From Myxococcota bacterium (GTDB lineage Bacteria > Myxococcota_A > UBA9160 > UBA6930): a stretch of DNA of 64,000 nt. The notes under the pieces were generated by a model, which saw only the letters and a program-made list of their open reading frames with translations, was not told the DNA's origin and ran no database searches. The stretch lies in the NCBI GenBank assembly GCA_965223415.1, contig OZ245002.1:896001-960000 (forward strand), in the 5' to 3' direction. The translations under genes were made by a program, and so were the position numbers. Positions 48,859-58,750 of this stretch are shown in pieces. Numbering within the stretch: position 1 is the first letter of the stretch; the number at the start of each line of letters is the position of its first letter.

Positions 48859-49815
48859 CTAGGGCGAGGGAGCCGGCGAGGGCGCACCCGAGGCGTGGCG
48901 CTGGATCCAATCGTAGGCCAGGGCCTCGGCGTCCTCTCGATCGCGAACCGGGAGCTGACGTCGCAGCTTCTGGAGCGACCGCAGTGCCCCGGGGTACCCG
49001 CCGCGGGCCGCGATGAAGGTCCACTTGTAGGCCTCCATCAGGTCGTGCTGGAGGCCCCCTCCGGCGGCGTAGAGGGAGCCGAGGGCGTATTGGGCGTCGG
49101 CCAGGCCCTGCTCGGCGGCCCGGCGGTACCAGCGCTCGGCTTCGAAGGGATCGCGCCCGACACCGGAGCCCTGCTCGTAGCTGAAGCCCAGGTTGTACTG
49201 ATCCATGGCGCTGCCCTGGGCCGCCGCGGCCCGGTACCAGCGCACGGCTTCGGCAGGATCGGTCTTCACGCCGTCGCCGAGGGCGTACTTCGTGGCCAGG
49301 GCCGACTGGGCCGCGAGATCGCCCTGCTCGGCGGCGGCCGCGTACCAATGCACGGCGCCGGCGGCGTCCCGCGGCACGCCGCGGCCCAGGTCGAGCATCG
49401 ATGCCAGCTGGGCCTGGGCCTTCACGTGGCCCTGTCCTGCAGAGCGCTCGTACCAGCGCGCCGCCTCGGCGGGCTGCTTCTCGGCGCCGACGCCGAAGTC
49501 GAGCAACAGGGCCAGCCGGTACTGGGCCTCCGCGTTTCCCGCCTCCGCGGCCTGGCGGAACCAGTGGGCGGCCTGGGCGTGGTCGACGTCGGTTCCCTTG
49601 CCGGTGAAGTAGATCTCGGCCACCGCGAGCTGGGCCTCCGCGTCGCCGGCCTCCGCCTTGACCAGCTGGGCGCGGAGCTCATCCTGGTACTGGCGGGTCG
49701 TCTGCTCGCGGCGGGCGAGCTCCGCCTGGACGCGGCTCGCGAGGGGATCGCTCGGGGCGCAGCCGAGAAGGCCGGCGAGCAGGGCGGCGAGAGCGCTGAT
49801 GCGATGGATCGGCAC
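48859..49815 (-). CDS. Sel1-repeat lipoprotein
   Basis: LLGC lipobox; repeated A..WY..AA.QG...AQ..LG. Confidence 0.88.
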   Translation of the reverse strand: MPIHRISALAALLAGLLGCAPSDPLASRVQAELARREQTTRQYQDELRAQLVKAEAGDAEAQLAVAEIYFTGKGTDVDHAQAAHWFRQAAEAGNAEAQYRLALLLDFGVGAEKQPAEAARWYERSAGQGHVKAQAQLASMLDLGRGVPRDAAGAVHWYAAAAEQGDLAAQSALATKYALGDGVKTDPAEAVRWYRAAAAQGSAMDQYNLGFSYEQGSGVGRDPFEAERWYRRAAEQGLADAQYALGSLYAAGGGLQHDLMEAYKWTFIAARGGYPGALRSLQKLRRQLPVRDREDAEALAYDWIQRHASGAPSPAPSP

Positions 49816-49853
49816 GCGAGACGAGCATAACGGACGCCCCGGCCGGCCCCCGC

Positions 49854-51551
49854 CTACCAGCTCCCGCCGCCGCCGCCGCCGAAGCCCCCGCCTCCGAAGC
49901 CGCCTCCACCGAAGCCGCTCGAGCCCGAGCCGCCCTGGCTCGGCCGGGAGCGCAGGGTCTGGCCCATGGTGTCGAGGGAGTGGCCGAGGTCGCTGACGAA
50001 CACCCGCGGCCGGAACGATCCCGGGTGGGCGCCGCTGTACCAGTCCGGCGGTTCCGTGTAGACGTCCGCGAAGGCCCCGGCCCAGTGGTCCGCGACACCG
50101 AGGACGATGGCGTAGGGCAGGAGGGTCTCGAACTGGCCGGCGTCGAGCCGGCCCATGCGCTCGAGGCGATCCCGGTCGACCCGGCCGACGAACTCCTGGA
50201 AGCCCCGGATCTCCTCGTAGACCTTGCGGCCGCGGCGGGTGCGCCTCGGCATGAACCGCGAGAAGGCCAGCACCACCGCCCCGGAGAGCCCGAGCGGGAT
50301 CGCGGCACCGGGCACCACGTCCAGGAAGAAGGCGAAGGCCCCGGCGGCGAGCCCGGCGATGCCCGCCGCCGCCCAGGAGCGGCGCACCTTCTCCGGCGAG
50401 GTGGGGAAGAGCCGATCCCCGCGGCTCACCTGCTCGTACAGCGCGCTCCGCACGTCGGGGAGGTGCTCGTAGAACTGGTTCTTGAGCGACGAGACCAGCA
50501 CGCTGTCTCGGCCCGAGAAGAGCCGGTGCACGAGGATGGACTCGTGGCGACGCAGGTCCGCGGGCTCGCGGAGCTTGACCAGCCGGTAGTCCTTCTTGTC
50601 GAGGAACAGGAAGCCGTCGCTCTCCAGCTCCTCGATACGGAGGAAGCCGCGCACCGCCAGGTCGAGGATGGTGGAGGTGATGTCGACCAGGTCGACCTGC
50701 TCGTCGACCACGGTGCCCACCTCGGCGGGGGTGAGACCTTCGGGCGGCTCGTAGCGCACCGGGATCGCGGCGCTGGCGCCCGGGTCGCGCCCCCGGCTCC
50801 GCCACACCTGCCACATCCCGCCGAGGGCGAGGAGCGGTAGGATGGACCAGGCGTTCAGGTAGTCGCCCATGCGGGAGAGGAAGCGCTCGATGCGCGAGGG
50901 CTCCTCGAGCACGCCCTTCGACAGACTGACCGCCACGGTGAGCCCCTCCCGTGGCTGGAGCGTGCGCGCACTCCGGAACCACAGCGCGCCGGGCGTCGAC
51001 GCCGTGGTGCAATCCTGCTGCACGGTCCCGAAGGGGCCGACGTAGCAGACGTGGCTCACGCCGTCGGGCGCCGTGCCTTCGGGCAGATAGACGATGGCCG
51101 TCGCCGACTCCATCGCCACCTCCCAGCCATGGCCGGTCGCCTCCCAATACAGCTCGTCGTGGCCTTCGAAGTAGAGGTAGCCCCGCTCGACCCGGTAGCG
51201 GATCCGGTACTCCTGGGTGCCGGTTACCTTGCGATCCGGATCCCCGATGCGGATGCGCTGCATGCGGCCGGAGCGTTTGAGCTGGTAGGGGCGCGGGTTG
51301 CCGGCGCCGTCGGTGACCGACTCCACTTCGAGACGGATCCGGTAGTCGGCGGCACGGCCCCGCCCGTAGGCGACAGGAATGTCGCGGTAGATCCCGTGGC
51401 GTTGCTGGAGCCCGAACTCGTAGGTGATGTTCTCGACGACGGAGAAGTCGTCGTCGATCCCGAGATAGATCTCGGTCTCGAAGCGGGCGATGTGCTCGGC
51501 TTGGGCTGCTGCCGGCGCGAACGCCAGCAGCAGGAGCAGGAGGCGGACCAT
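49854..51551 (-). CDS. DUF2207 membrane protein
   Basis: Signal peptide, GIYRDIP, ELYW..TG..W, LPYAIVLGV, Gly-rich GGGGGGSW tail. Confidence 0.9.
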   Translation of the reverse strand: MVRLLLLLLAFAPAAAQAEHIARFETEIYLGIDDDFSVVENITYEFGLQQRHGIYRDIPVAYGRGRAADYRIRLEVESVTDGAGNPRPYQLKRSGRMQRIRIGDPDRKVTGTQEYRIRYRVERGYLYFEGHDELYWEATGHGWEVAMESATAIVYLPEGTAPDGVSHVCYVGPFGTVQQDCTTASTPGALWFRSARTLQPREGLTVAVSLSKGVLEEPSRIERFLSRMGDYLNAWSILPLLALGGMWQVWRSRGRDPGASAAIPVRYEPPEGLTPAEVGTVVDEQVDLVDITSTILDLAVRGFLRIEELESDGFLFLDKKDYRLVKLREPADLRRHESILVHRLFSGRDSVLVSSLKNQFYEHLPDVRSALYEQVSRGDRLFPTSPEKVRRSWAAAGIAGLAAGAFAFFLDVVPGAAIPLGLSGAVVLAFSRFMPRRTRRGRKVYEEIRGFQEFVGRVDRDRLERMGRLDAGQFETLLPYAIVLGVADHWAGAFADVYTEPPDWYSGAHPGSFRPRVFVSDLGHSLDTMGQTLRSRPSQGGSGSSGFGGGGFGGGGFGGGGGGSW

Positions 51552-51553
51552 CC

Positions 51554-52105
51554 CTACGAGAAGCTCACCTGCGGCGCGCTGCGCTCTGCAACCTCGTCGA
51601 GCTCGAAGTACTCCTTCTTCGTGATCGAGAAGAGGTTCGCGACGACGTTGCTCGGGAAGACGTCGGTGCCCGTGTTGAGATCGCGCACCACCGCGTTGTA
51701 GTAGCGGCGCGCGTTCTGGATCGCCTCCTCGATGGAAGAGAGCTCGCTCTGGAGGGAGAGGAAGTTCTCGTTCGCCTTGAGGTCCGGATAGGCCTCGGCC
51801 ACGGCGAACAGGCTCTTCAGCACCTGGGTCAGGTTGCCCTCGGCCGCGCCCTTCTCCCCGGGCGTGGTCGCCTGCATGGCTTGGCTGCGGGCCTGGGTGA
51901 CCTTCTCGAAGGTGCCGGCCTCGTGCTGGGCGTAGCCCTTCACCGTCTCGACGAGGTTCGGGATGAGCTCGTAGCGCCGTTTGAGTTGCACATCGATGTC
52001 GCTCCAGGCGCTCTCGCTCGAGTTGCGCAGCGCGACGAGCTTGTTGTAGGCGGATACCGCGTAGAGCGCGGCCGCGACGACGACGGCCAGCAGGATCCAG
52101 CTCAT
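51554..52105 (-). CDS. lemA: LemA family protein
   Basis: WSDIDVQLKRR..LIPNLVETVKGY, EAYPDLKA, ARRYYN. Confidence 0.95.
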   Translation of the reverse strand: MSWILLAVVVAAALYAVSAYNKLVALRNSSESAWSDIDVQLKRRYELIPNLVETVKGYAQHEAGTFEKVTQARSQAMQATTPGEKGAAEGNLTQVLKSLFAVAEAYPDLKANENFLSLQSELSSIEEAIQNARRYYNAVVRDLNTGTDVFPSNVVANLFSITKKEYFELDEVAERSAPQVSFS

Positions 52106-52300
52106 GACTCCTCCCTCCCTTCCGTGGCTCGGGGTGGGATCAGGCTAGCTCTCGGGTCCTCTCCCCGGCAGCCCGTGCGCAGGTGTGGCGACGAACACGA
52201 GCGGACGGGTACCGGGGTCACAAGGAACCCGGAATCCCCGACCGCTGTAATCCCTTCGAGCCGCGAGAAGGACGGGCCGGGCTCAAGGAGGATCTCCCTG

Positions 52301-52951
52301 GTGATCGAGTGTTCTCTCCGCCGCCCGCTGGCGGCATTGTCCCTGCTGGCCTGCCTGTTCACGCCGCTGGGAGCGCGGGCCCTGAGCCTGCTCGACCTGC
52401 AGGCCGGGACGTCGTTCGCGAGCGGCGACGGCAGCCTGATGTTCTCGTTCGAGCCGGGCAGCGTCGTGCTCGCTGGCGCGTTGGCGGCGGACCTGTCGCT
52501 CTACGACGTCCAGGTGCTGGCCGACGGATTCCGGGTGACCGGGCCGCTCTCCGTGGCCGACGGCGGAATCGGCGTGCTGGTCCTCGACTACGACGTCGGG
52601 GCCGTCGCGGGCACCCTCGCCTCCGCCACCCTGGCCAGCCTGCCCAGCGCGAGCGGAGCGGGAAGCCTGGCCTTCCTGGGCCAGGCGGCCAGCGGCCTGG
52701 GCTCCCAGGTGAACGCGGCGACCGGCGGCGGCCTCCTCGTGGCCAGCGATACGACGGCGGCGGCCGGCGGCACCACCTCCGTGGTGACCACGAGCCTCCA
52801 GCTCCTCACCCTGGGGACGGGCCAGCTGGCCGCGGTCGGCTGGTTCGAGCAGACGTTCGGGGTCGCCGTCCCCGAGCCCAGTACGAGCCTGCTGCTGCTG
52901 GCCGGAATGCTCGGCCTCGCCCTCCTCGGCAACCGCCGCGCCCTGAAATGA
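52301..52951 (+). CDS. PEP-CTERM sorted exported protein
   Basis: Signal peptide; C-terminal VPEPST + hydrophobic helix + RR; start uncertain. Confidence 0.8.
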   Translation: MIECSLRRPLAALSLLACLFTPLGARALSLLDLQAGTSFASGDGSLMFSFEPGSVVLAGALAADLSLYDVQVLADGFRVTGPLSVADGGIGVLVLDYDVGAVAGTLASATLASLPSASGAGSLAFLGQAASGLGSQVNAATGGGLLVASDTTAAAGGTTSVVTTSLQLLTLGTGQLAAVGWFEQTFGVAVPEPSTSLLLLAGMLGLALLGNRRALK

Positions 52952-52954
52952 AGA

Positions 52955-52988
52955 AACGGGGCCGGGGTTTCTCGACTCCGGCCCCGTT
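52955..52988. terminator. hairpin between convergent genes (possible bidirectional terminator or short REP-like unit)
   Basis: AACGGGGCCGG / CCGGCCCCGTT; shares GAAACGGGGCC with the hairpin at 60930. Confidence 0.6.
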
Positions 52989-52990
52989 CC

Positions 52991-53401
52991 TCAATACTCG
53001 ACCTTGCGGGGCAGGTCCTTGGCCTCGGCGACCCAGGCTTCCACCTGGGAGGTCGACGGGACCTGGCGGGTGAGCTTCTTCTCGTCGTTCACCTCGCGCA
53101 TCTTGGCCGCGAGGTTCTCGGCGTTTCGCTGGGCGAGCTCCTTCACCGTGTCCACGCCGGAGCACTCGAGGAGCTCCGCGTACTCGGAGCCGACGCCCTT
53201 GATGCGGAACAGGTCGGCCATGTTCACGAACTTGAGGAGCTGCTTCTCGCTGAGGCCGCTGGCCTCGGCCAGGGCCTCGCGGCCCTTGGGGTCACAGCCC
53301 TTCTCGAGCAGGCCGTCGGTGTCAACGACGCCGGCCGTCGTGAGCTTCTCGCGGGTGGCCGGGCCGATGCCCTCGATTTCGTCGATCTTGCGGTTCGCCA
53401 T
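52991..53401 (-). CDS. DUF4332 (helix-hairpin-helix) protein
   Basis: IDEIEGIGP, ADLFRIKGVG.EY.ELLE..GVDTV.ELAQRN; AAGGAGG RBS. Confidence 0.88.
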   Translation of the reverse strand: MANRKIDEIEGIGPATREKLTTAGVVDTDGLLEKGCDPKGREALAEASGLSEKQLLKFVNMADLFRIKGVGSEYAELLECSGVDTVKELAQRNAENLAAKMREVNDEKKLTRQVPSTSQVEAWVAEAKDLPRKVEY

Positions 53402-53433
53402 GGCGGGGGTCCCTCCTTCTTGCACGGTGACGT

Positions 53434-55920
53434 TCACTCCCAGGCCGGCTCCGCGATCCCGTCGGCAGCCACCCGGAACGGCGCCCACACCAGGGCGACC
53501 CGCTCCACGGCGGTGTCGGACTTTCGCGTCCGGACCGGCAGCTCCACGAGCTCGAGCATGCTCTCGTCCACCTCGCGGCGGACCCGCTCGAGCTCGCTCT
53601 GGAGCTCCTGCTCCATCTCCTTGAGTTGCTCCTGCACGGCCTGGAGTTCCTCCTCGGCCCGCTCGATGTCGCCCTTCTCCCGCATCGCCCGGCTCGCCCC
53701 GCGGACCGCCGTCGTGGCCCGCCCGACGTTGCGGGCGCTGCCCAGCTTGCGGCCAAAGAGCGCCCCGAGCACCGTGGCGCCCATCGAGATCACGGTGCTG
53801 CGCTTGGAGGCGTCGTACTGCTCCTCCTCGCGCTCGAGCTTCTGCTCGGCGCGGCGCACCCGGGCCTCCAGACGCGCGATCTTCGGGGTGTACCTCTTGC
53901 GCAGCTTCTCGAGCTCCCGGTCCCGTTTCTCGTGGAGCTTCGTGCGCAGCCGCGCGCGGAAATCGCCCTCGCTCTCGCCGGGCTTCGAGGTCTCCTTGAG
54001 CTCCGCGCACTTCCACAGCGTCAACAGACACTCCCGGTAGACGTGGCTCTTCAGCATCTTGCCCCAACGCGGGTAGCTCTTGGCGCGGGTGGCGGCGGCG
54101 GGAAGCTCGCCGAAGGACGCCCCGGGCTCGGGCTCGCGCTCGAGATCGAGCAGCGCCGGATCGAGCCTGAGGCTGCCCTCGTCGTCCCAGGGCGAATCCC
54201 GGAGCGCCCCCACCAGAGGCACCTGGAAGCCCACCGTCTCCCAGCGGTCTACGCCGGCCCGGGTGTTGGCGTAGTGGATGCTCCCGACCCCGAGGAGCGT
54301 CGGCCGGTAGACGACCCTACCGTTGCCGATCGGCGCCACAACCGGCAGGAAGACCTGGTCGACTTCGGGCGCGACCACCGGAACCTCGGGCGCCACCGGG
54401 GCTTCGGCCTCCGGAGGCGGAACGGCCGCGACCGACGGAACCGGTGCGCCGGGCGCCGACGGCGCTGCCGCAGCGCCGCCCGCCTCGGCCTTCGGGGTGA
54501 GCCGGGCGATCTGCTCGCGGGTGAGCGGGCCGCGTAGGTACGACATCGCCCAGCGCGTGTGGAAGAGCACAGGCCCGTCCTCGTGGACGTTGTTGATCAG
54601 GAAGACCCGGCTGCCGAGACCCGCGAGCAGCCGCTCCATCTCGGCCCGGTCGAAGGCGGCGCCGGTCGTGGCGGACGCACCCTCCAGGCCCTCGATCACC
54701 CGCAGCTTGTCACGCTCGGTCTGGAGCCGCCCGAGCAACCAGGTGCCGGTGTTGGAGAGGCCCTTGTAGTCGAGGTCGACCGGGTTCTGGGTCGCGAGCA
54801 CGCAGCCGAGGCCATAGGCCCGCGCCTGCTTGAGTAGCGTGAGCATCGGCGTCTTCGACGGCGGGTTGGCGGTCGGCGGGAAGTAGCCGAAGACCTCGTC
54901 CATGTAGAGGATGGCGCGCAGGCTGTTCGTGCCCGGCTGGCTGCGCATCCACGCGACCATCTCGTTGAGCAGCAGCGTCACGAAGAACATGCGCTCGCTC
55001 TCGGAGAGGTGGGCGATCGACAGGATGGAGAGCCGCGGCTTGCCCTCCTCGGTGTAGAGGAGTCGCTGGACGTCGAGGGCCTCGCCCTCCATCCAGGCGG
55101 AGAAGCCCGGCGAGGCCAGCAGGTTGTTCAGGGTCATCGCCAGGGTCATGCGATCGGCGGCGGGGAAGAAGCTCTCCAGGTCGAAGACGCCGACGGTGTC
55201 GAAGGGCGGGCTCTGGATCTCGCGGATCAGGCTGGCCAGGTCGAGATCCCGGCCGGCGGACCAGGCGCGGTCGACCACGTTCGAGATGAGGATGTGCTCG
55301 CGGCTGCGGATCGGGTCCGGGTCCACGCCGAGCAGCGCGAGCAGGCCCGAAACGGTGGCCTGGATGCGCTCCCGGTGGGCGTCGGCGTCGGCCCGCAGGG
55401 CCTCGGGCGGCGCGGCGAGGCTCTTCAGGACGCGCAGGGGCCGGCCGGCGCTCGAGCCCGGCGTGTAGATGGCGAGGTCGACGGCCTCGCGGAAGGCGCG
55501 GATGCGCGCGCCGTCCTGACCCCAGTCGGCGAGCCCCTTCTTCCAGCGTCCGGCCACGGCCCGGGCGTGCTCGTCGGGCGTGCGCCCCTCCCGGCCGGCC
55601 TCCGCCTCGTCGATCCAGGGGCGGAAGTCGGCGGGGGCGAGATCCGGAAAGGTGAGCAGGAGGTTCCCCAGATCGCCCTTCGGATCGATGGCGATGGCCG
55701 GGATCCCGTCGAGGGCCGCCTCCTCGAGCAGTGAGACGCACAGGCCGGTCTTGCCGCTGCCGGTCATGCCCACACAGACCGCGTGGGTGGTCAGGTCCTT
55801 GGCGTCGTAGAGGAGCACCTCGTCGGTGCGCTCGCCGTCCGCGCCGACGGTGGCTCCGAGGTAGAAGGTGCCGAGCTTCTCGTAGGGGGCAGCCGCACCG
55901 CGGCTCTTCCGTGCCGTCAC
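53434..55920 (-). CDS. HerA/FtsK-like (DUF87-type) ATPase with C-terminal coiled coil
   Basis: Walker A GMTGSGKT, IDPKGD, Walker B LYMDE, KQARAYG..LATQNP. Confidence 0.88.
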   Translation of the reverse strand: MTARKSRGAAAPYEKLGTFYLGATVGADGERTDEVLLYDAKDLTTHAVCVGMTGSGKTGLCVSLLEEAALDGIPAIAIDPKGDLGNLLLTFPDLAPADFRPWIDEAEAGREGRTPDEHARAVAGRWKKGLADWGQDGARIRAFREAVDLAIYTPGSSAGRPLRVLKSLAAPPEALRADADAHRERIQATVSGLLALLGVDPDPIRSREHILISNVVDRAWSAGRDLDLASLIREIQSPPFDTVGVFDLESFFPAADRMTLAMTLNNLLASPGFSAWMEGEALDVQRLLYTEEGKPRLSILSIAHLSESERMFFVTLLLNEMVAWMRSQPGTNSLRAILYMDEVFGYFPPTANPPSKTPMLTLLKQARAYGLGCVLATQNPVDLDYKGLSNTGTWLLGRLQTERDKLRVIEGLEGASATTGAAFDRAEMERLLAGLGSRVFLINNVHEDGPVLFHTRWAMSYLRGPLTREQIARLTPKAEAGGAAAAPSAPGAPVPSVAAVPPPEAEAPVAPEVPVVAPEVDQVFLPVVAPIGNGRVVYRPTLLGVGSIHYANTRAGVDRWETVGFQVPLVGALRDSPWDDEGSLRLDPALLDLEREPEPGASFGELPAAATRAKSYPRWGKMLKSHVYRECLLTLWKCAELKETSKPGESEGDFRARLRTKLHEKRDRELEKLRKRYTPKIARLEARVRRAEQKLEREEEQYDASKRSTVISMGATVLGALFGRKLGSARNVGRATTAVRGASRAMREKGDIERAEEELQAVQEQLKEMEQELQSELERVRREVDESMLELVELPVRTRKSDTAVERVALVWAPFRVAADGIAEPAWE

Positions 55921-56075
55921 GGCCCCGTCTTACACCGGGCGAAGGGCCCTAGCAAACCGCCGGGGAGGGCCTCGGATGCGAGTGAGATCCGAGAGCCCGG
56001 CGGCCGTGGCCCGGCCCCTGGAATCGTGGTAAAGACGGGCCCCCGACCGTCTTCCGACGCCCGAGGAGACCCGCC

Positions 56076-56735
56076 ATGAGCCCCACTCCCAAGGATCTCT
56101 CCCTTCGACCGCTCGCCCTCGCCTGTGGGCTGCTGCTCGCCGTGGTCGGCACCGGCTGCGGTGAGGCCACCCCGGAGGAGAAGCTGGCCGAGGCCACCGA
56201 AGAGCTGACCGATGCGACCCACGCCAAGGAGGCGGCCCAGGCCACCCTCGACCAGCTCGAAAAGCGCCTCGGCGACGCTCAGGCCGCCCGGGACCAGGCC
56301 GCGGAAGCCTTCGAGGAGGTGCGCCAGCGCTGGCAGGACGCCAAGGACGCGGTGGGCGAGTTCGCCACGGACGAGGTGCTGCACCGGCAGGTCAACCGGG
56401 CTCTCATCGACGAGCCGGCCCTCGAGGGCGCCACCATCACCGCCGCCGTCGAGAACCGCGTCGTGACCCTGGTGGGCGGTGCGCCGGACGCGGAGGCCAT
56501 CGCCCTCGCCGCCGAGCTGGCCGACGCCATCCCCGGCGTGGCCGAGGTGGTCAGCCAGGTCGCCATCGAGAGCCCGGAGGTCGGTGCGCCGCCGGCGGAG
56601 GCGGCCCCCGAGGCGGAGCCGGCCCCGGAGGCGGAGGCGGCCCCGGAGGCGGAGGAAGAGCCCGCCATCGAGCTCCCGGGCCTGGAGGGGCGCGAAGAGG
56701 AAGAGACCGCCCGGCCCCCCGAAGCCCACCTGTAG
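56076..56735 (+). CDS. BON-domain lipoprotein with coiled coil
   Basis: VGTGC lipobox; V.L.G...IPGV.EV BON pattern; APEAE repeats near C-terminus. Confidence 0.78.
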   Translation: MSPTPKDLSLRPLALACGLLLAVVGTGCGEATPEEKLAEATEELTDATHAKEAAQATLDQLEKRLGDAQAARDQAAEAFEEVRQRWQDAKDAVGEFATDEVLHRQVNRALIDEPALEGATITAAVENRVVTLVGGAPDAEAIALAAELADAIPGVAEVVSQVAIESPEVGAPPAEAAPEAEPAPEAEAAPEAEEEPAIELPGLEGREEEETARPPEAHL

Positions 56736-56739
56736 GGGC

Positions 56740-56806
56740 GGGACGAGGGGGACGTTCCTTTCCGTGCCACGGCAGCGTGAGACGGAAAGGAACGTCCCCT
56801 TGTCCC
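56740..56806. repeat. REP-like palindrome GGGGACGTTCCTTTCCGT
   Basis: Perfect 18-bp arms 56748-56765 and 56782-56799 with extendable outer and inner pairing. Confidence 0.8.
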
Positions 56807-56837
56807 ACGCGCGCGAGGTCCGACACTCCGTTCCGTC

Positions 56838-58739
56838 ATGCACGCCACGCCGAGCTTCACGTTCGCTCTGGCCCTCGGCATCGGGGTAACGTGCCAGCTG
56901 ATCGCCCGGCATCTGCGGATGCCGACCATCGTGCTGCTGTTGGCGGCGGGCGTGTTGGTCGGGCCGGACGGGCTGGGCTGGATCCACCCGCGAGCCCTCG
57001 GCGAGAGCGGGCTGTTCGGGCTCGTCTCGCTGGCCGTCGCGATCATCCTGTTCGAGGGCGGCCTCGCCCTGGACCTCGGGGCCCTGCGCCGCGCGGCGGC
57101 TCCGATCCGCCGGCTCGTCACTCTCGGCGCGATCGTCACCGCCCTCGGAGGGGCGGCGGCCGCCCACCTGTTCATGGGCTGGGAGGATCCGCGGCTGGCG
57201 CTGCTGTTCGGAACGCTGGTGATCGTCACGGGCCCGACGGTCATCCGGCCGTTGCTGCGCAACGTGCCGCTGCGGCCCAAGCTCGCGACGGTGCTCGAGG
57301 CCGAGGGGCTGCTCATCGACCCGGTCGGCGCCATCGTCGCCGGCGTGGCCCTCCAGCTGGTGGTGCTGGAGCCGGGGGCGAGCCCGCTGACCTCCGGCGC
57401 CACCGGCCTGGCCGCCCGCACCGCGTTCGGCGCGGTGGCCGGCCTGGTGATCGGCTTCCTGCTGGCCGGGCTGCTGCGCTTCCGACGGGCGGTGCCCGAA
57501 GGCCTCGAGAACCTGGTCGCCCTCGGTGGCGCGTTGGTGGGCTTCGAGCTGTGCGAGGCGCTGCTGACCGAGAGCGGCATCCTGGCCGTGACGGTCGCCG
57601 GTGTCGTGGTCGGCAACATCGAGCAGCGGGTGGCCCGGGAGCTGGGCGAGTTCCAGGAGCACCTGACCATCGGGCTGATCGGGCTCCTGTTCGTGCTGCT
57701 CGCGGCGGACGTGCGCCTGGCCGACGTCTTCGGCCTCGGGCTGCCGGGCGTGCTCACCGTGGTGTCCCTCGCCCTGGTCGTGCGCCCCCTGAACGTCTGG
57801 CTGTGCACCACCGGCTCGGACCTCGGCTGGCGGGAGCGGGCCTTCCTGGGCTGGGTCGCGCCGCGGGGCGTGGTCGCCGCCGCCATCGCCTCCCTCGCCG
57901 CCGGCTTCCTGGAAGAGGAGGGGATCGCCGGTGCCGAGGCCATCCGCGCCCTGGTCTTCCTGACCATCGCCGCCACCGTGATCCTGCAGGGCGGAACGGC
58001 GCCGCTCGTCGCGCGGATCCTGGGCGTGCGGGCCCCGGGCCGGGAGATGCTCGTGGTGCTGGGGGCCGAGGAGCTGGGCTTCGCCTTCGCCCAGGCCCAG
58101 GGCCTGCCGAAGGAGCAGGTCCTGTTCACGGACTCCAACCCCCTCCACTGCCGGGCCGCCGAGTCCCGCGGCTACCGGGTGGTCTGGGGCAACGCCTTGG
58201 AGGAGCGCACCGTGGCGCGGATGCGGCTGGAGCGGGCGCGGGCGGTGGTGGGGCTGACGCCGAACAACGAGGTGAACCACCACTTCGCCGGCGAGGCCAA
58301 GGAGGAGTACGGCGTACCCGCGACCTACGCCGCGATCGGCCGCGACAGCAGCGAGGTGGCGGCGCGCATCGTGCGCAAGCAGGCCGGGCGTGTGCTGTTC
58401 GACGGGCCGAAGGAGGTGGAGCGCTGGAACGTGCGGCTGCGCCACGGCGACGCGGAGATCCTGCGGCTCGAGCGCATCGCAGCACCGGAGCCGGAGGAGC
58501 CCGCCGCCGAGAGCCCGGGCCGCGCCGACGATCCGGACCCCTACCTCATGCTCGCCGTCGAGCGGGCCGGAAGGACGGAGCCCATGTTCGAGCGCTTCGA
58601 GCCGGCCGAGGGCGACCGGGCGATCGTGGCGGTCCACTCGCCGGAGCGCGAGGCGGCCATGGCGCGCCTGGGCGCGCAGGGTTGGTGGCCCGCGGTTCCC
58701 CGAGCCACCGACGACGACCCGGAGACGAACGGCGGTTGA
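56838..58739 (+). CDS. cation:proton antiporter (CPA1/NhaP) with C-terminal TrkA-N-like domain
   Basis: ILFEGGL, TGPTVI, EG.LIDP.GA, APRGVVAA. Confidence 0.9.
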   Translation: MHATPSFTFALALGIGVTCQLIARHLRMPTIVLLLAAGVLVGPDGLGWIHPRALGESGLFGLVSLAVAIILFEGGLALDLGALRRAAAPIRRLVTLGAIVTALGGAAAAHLFMGWEDPRLALLFGTLVIVTGPTVIRPLLRNVPLRPKLATVLEAEGLLIDPVGAIVAGVALQLVVLEPGASPLTSGATGLAARTAFGAVAGLVIGFLLAGLLRFRRAVPEGLENLVALGGALVGFELCEALLTESGILAVTVAGVVVGNIEQRVARELGEFQEHLTIGLIGLLFVLLAADVRLADVFGLGLPGVLTVVSLALVVRPLNVWLCTTGSDLGWRERAFLGWVAPRGVVAAAIASLAAGFLEEEGIAGAEAIRALVFLTIAATVILQGGTAPLVARILGVRAPGREMLVVLGAEELGFAFAQAQGLPKEQVLFTDSNPLHCRAAESRGYRVVWGNALEERTVARMRLERARAVVGLTPNNEVNHHFAGEAKEEYGVPATYAAIGRDSSEVAARIVRKQAGRVLFDGPKEVERWNVRLRHGDAEILRLERIAAPEPEEPAAESPGRADDPDPYLMLAVERAGRTEPMFERFEPAEGDRAIVAVHSPEREAAMARLGAQGWWPAVPRATDDDPETNGG

Positions 58740-58750
58740 CAGCGGGCCGG

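Noticed and set aside
52106..52300. Possible riboswitch or ncRNA in the lemA/PEP-CTERM intergenic region
   Set aside because: Only weak GC-rich pairing (52172-52209); no family motif recognised
56595..56654. 18-bp tandem repeats
   Set aside because: Encode an APEAE low-complexity linker inside the BON lipoprotein; not CRISPR-like
58736..58741. Perfect TTGACA -35 box
   Set aside because: No credible -10 at 16-18 bp spacing; it overlaps the antiporter stop codon
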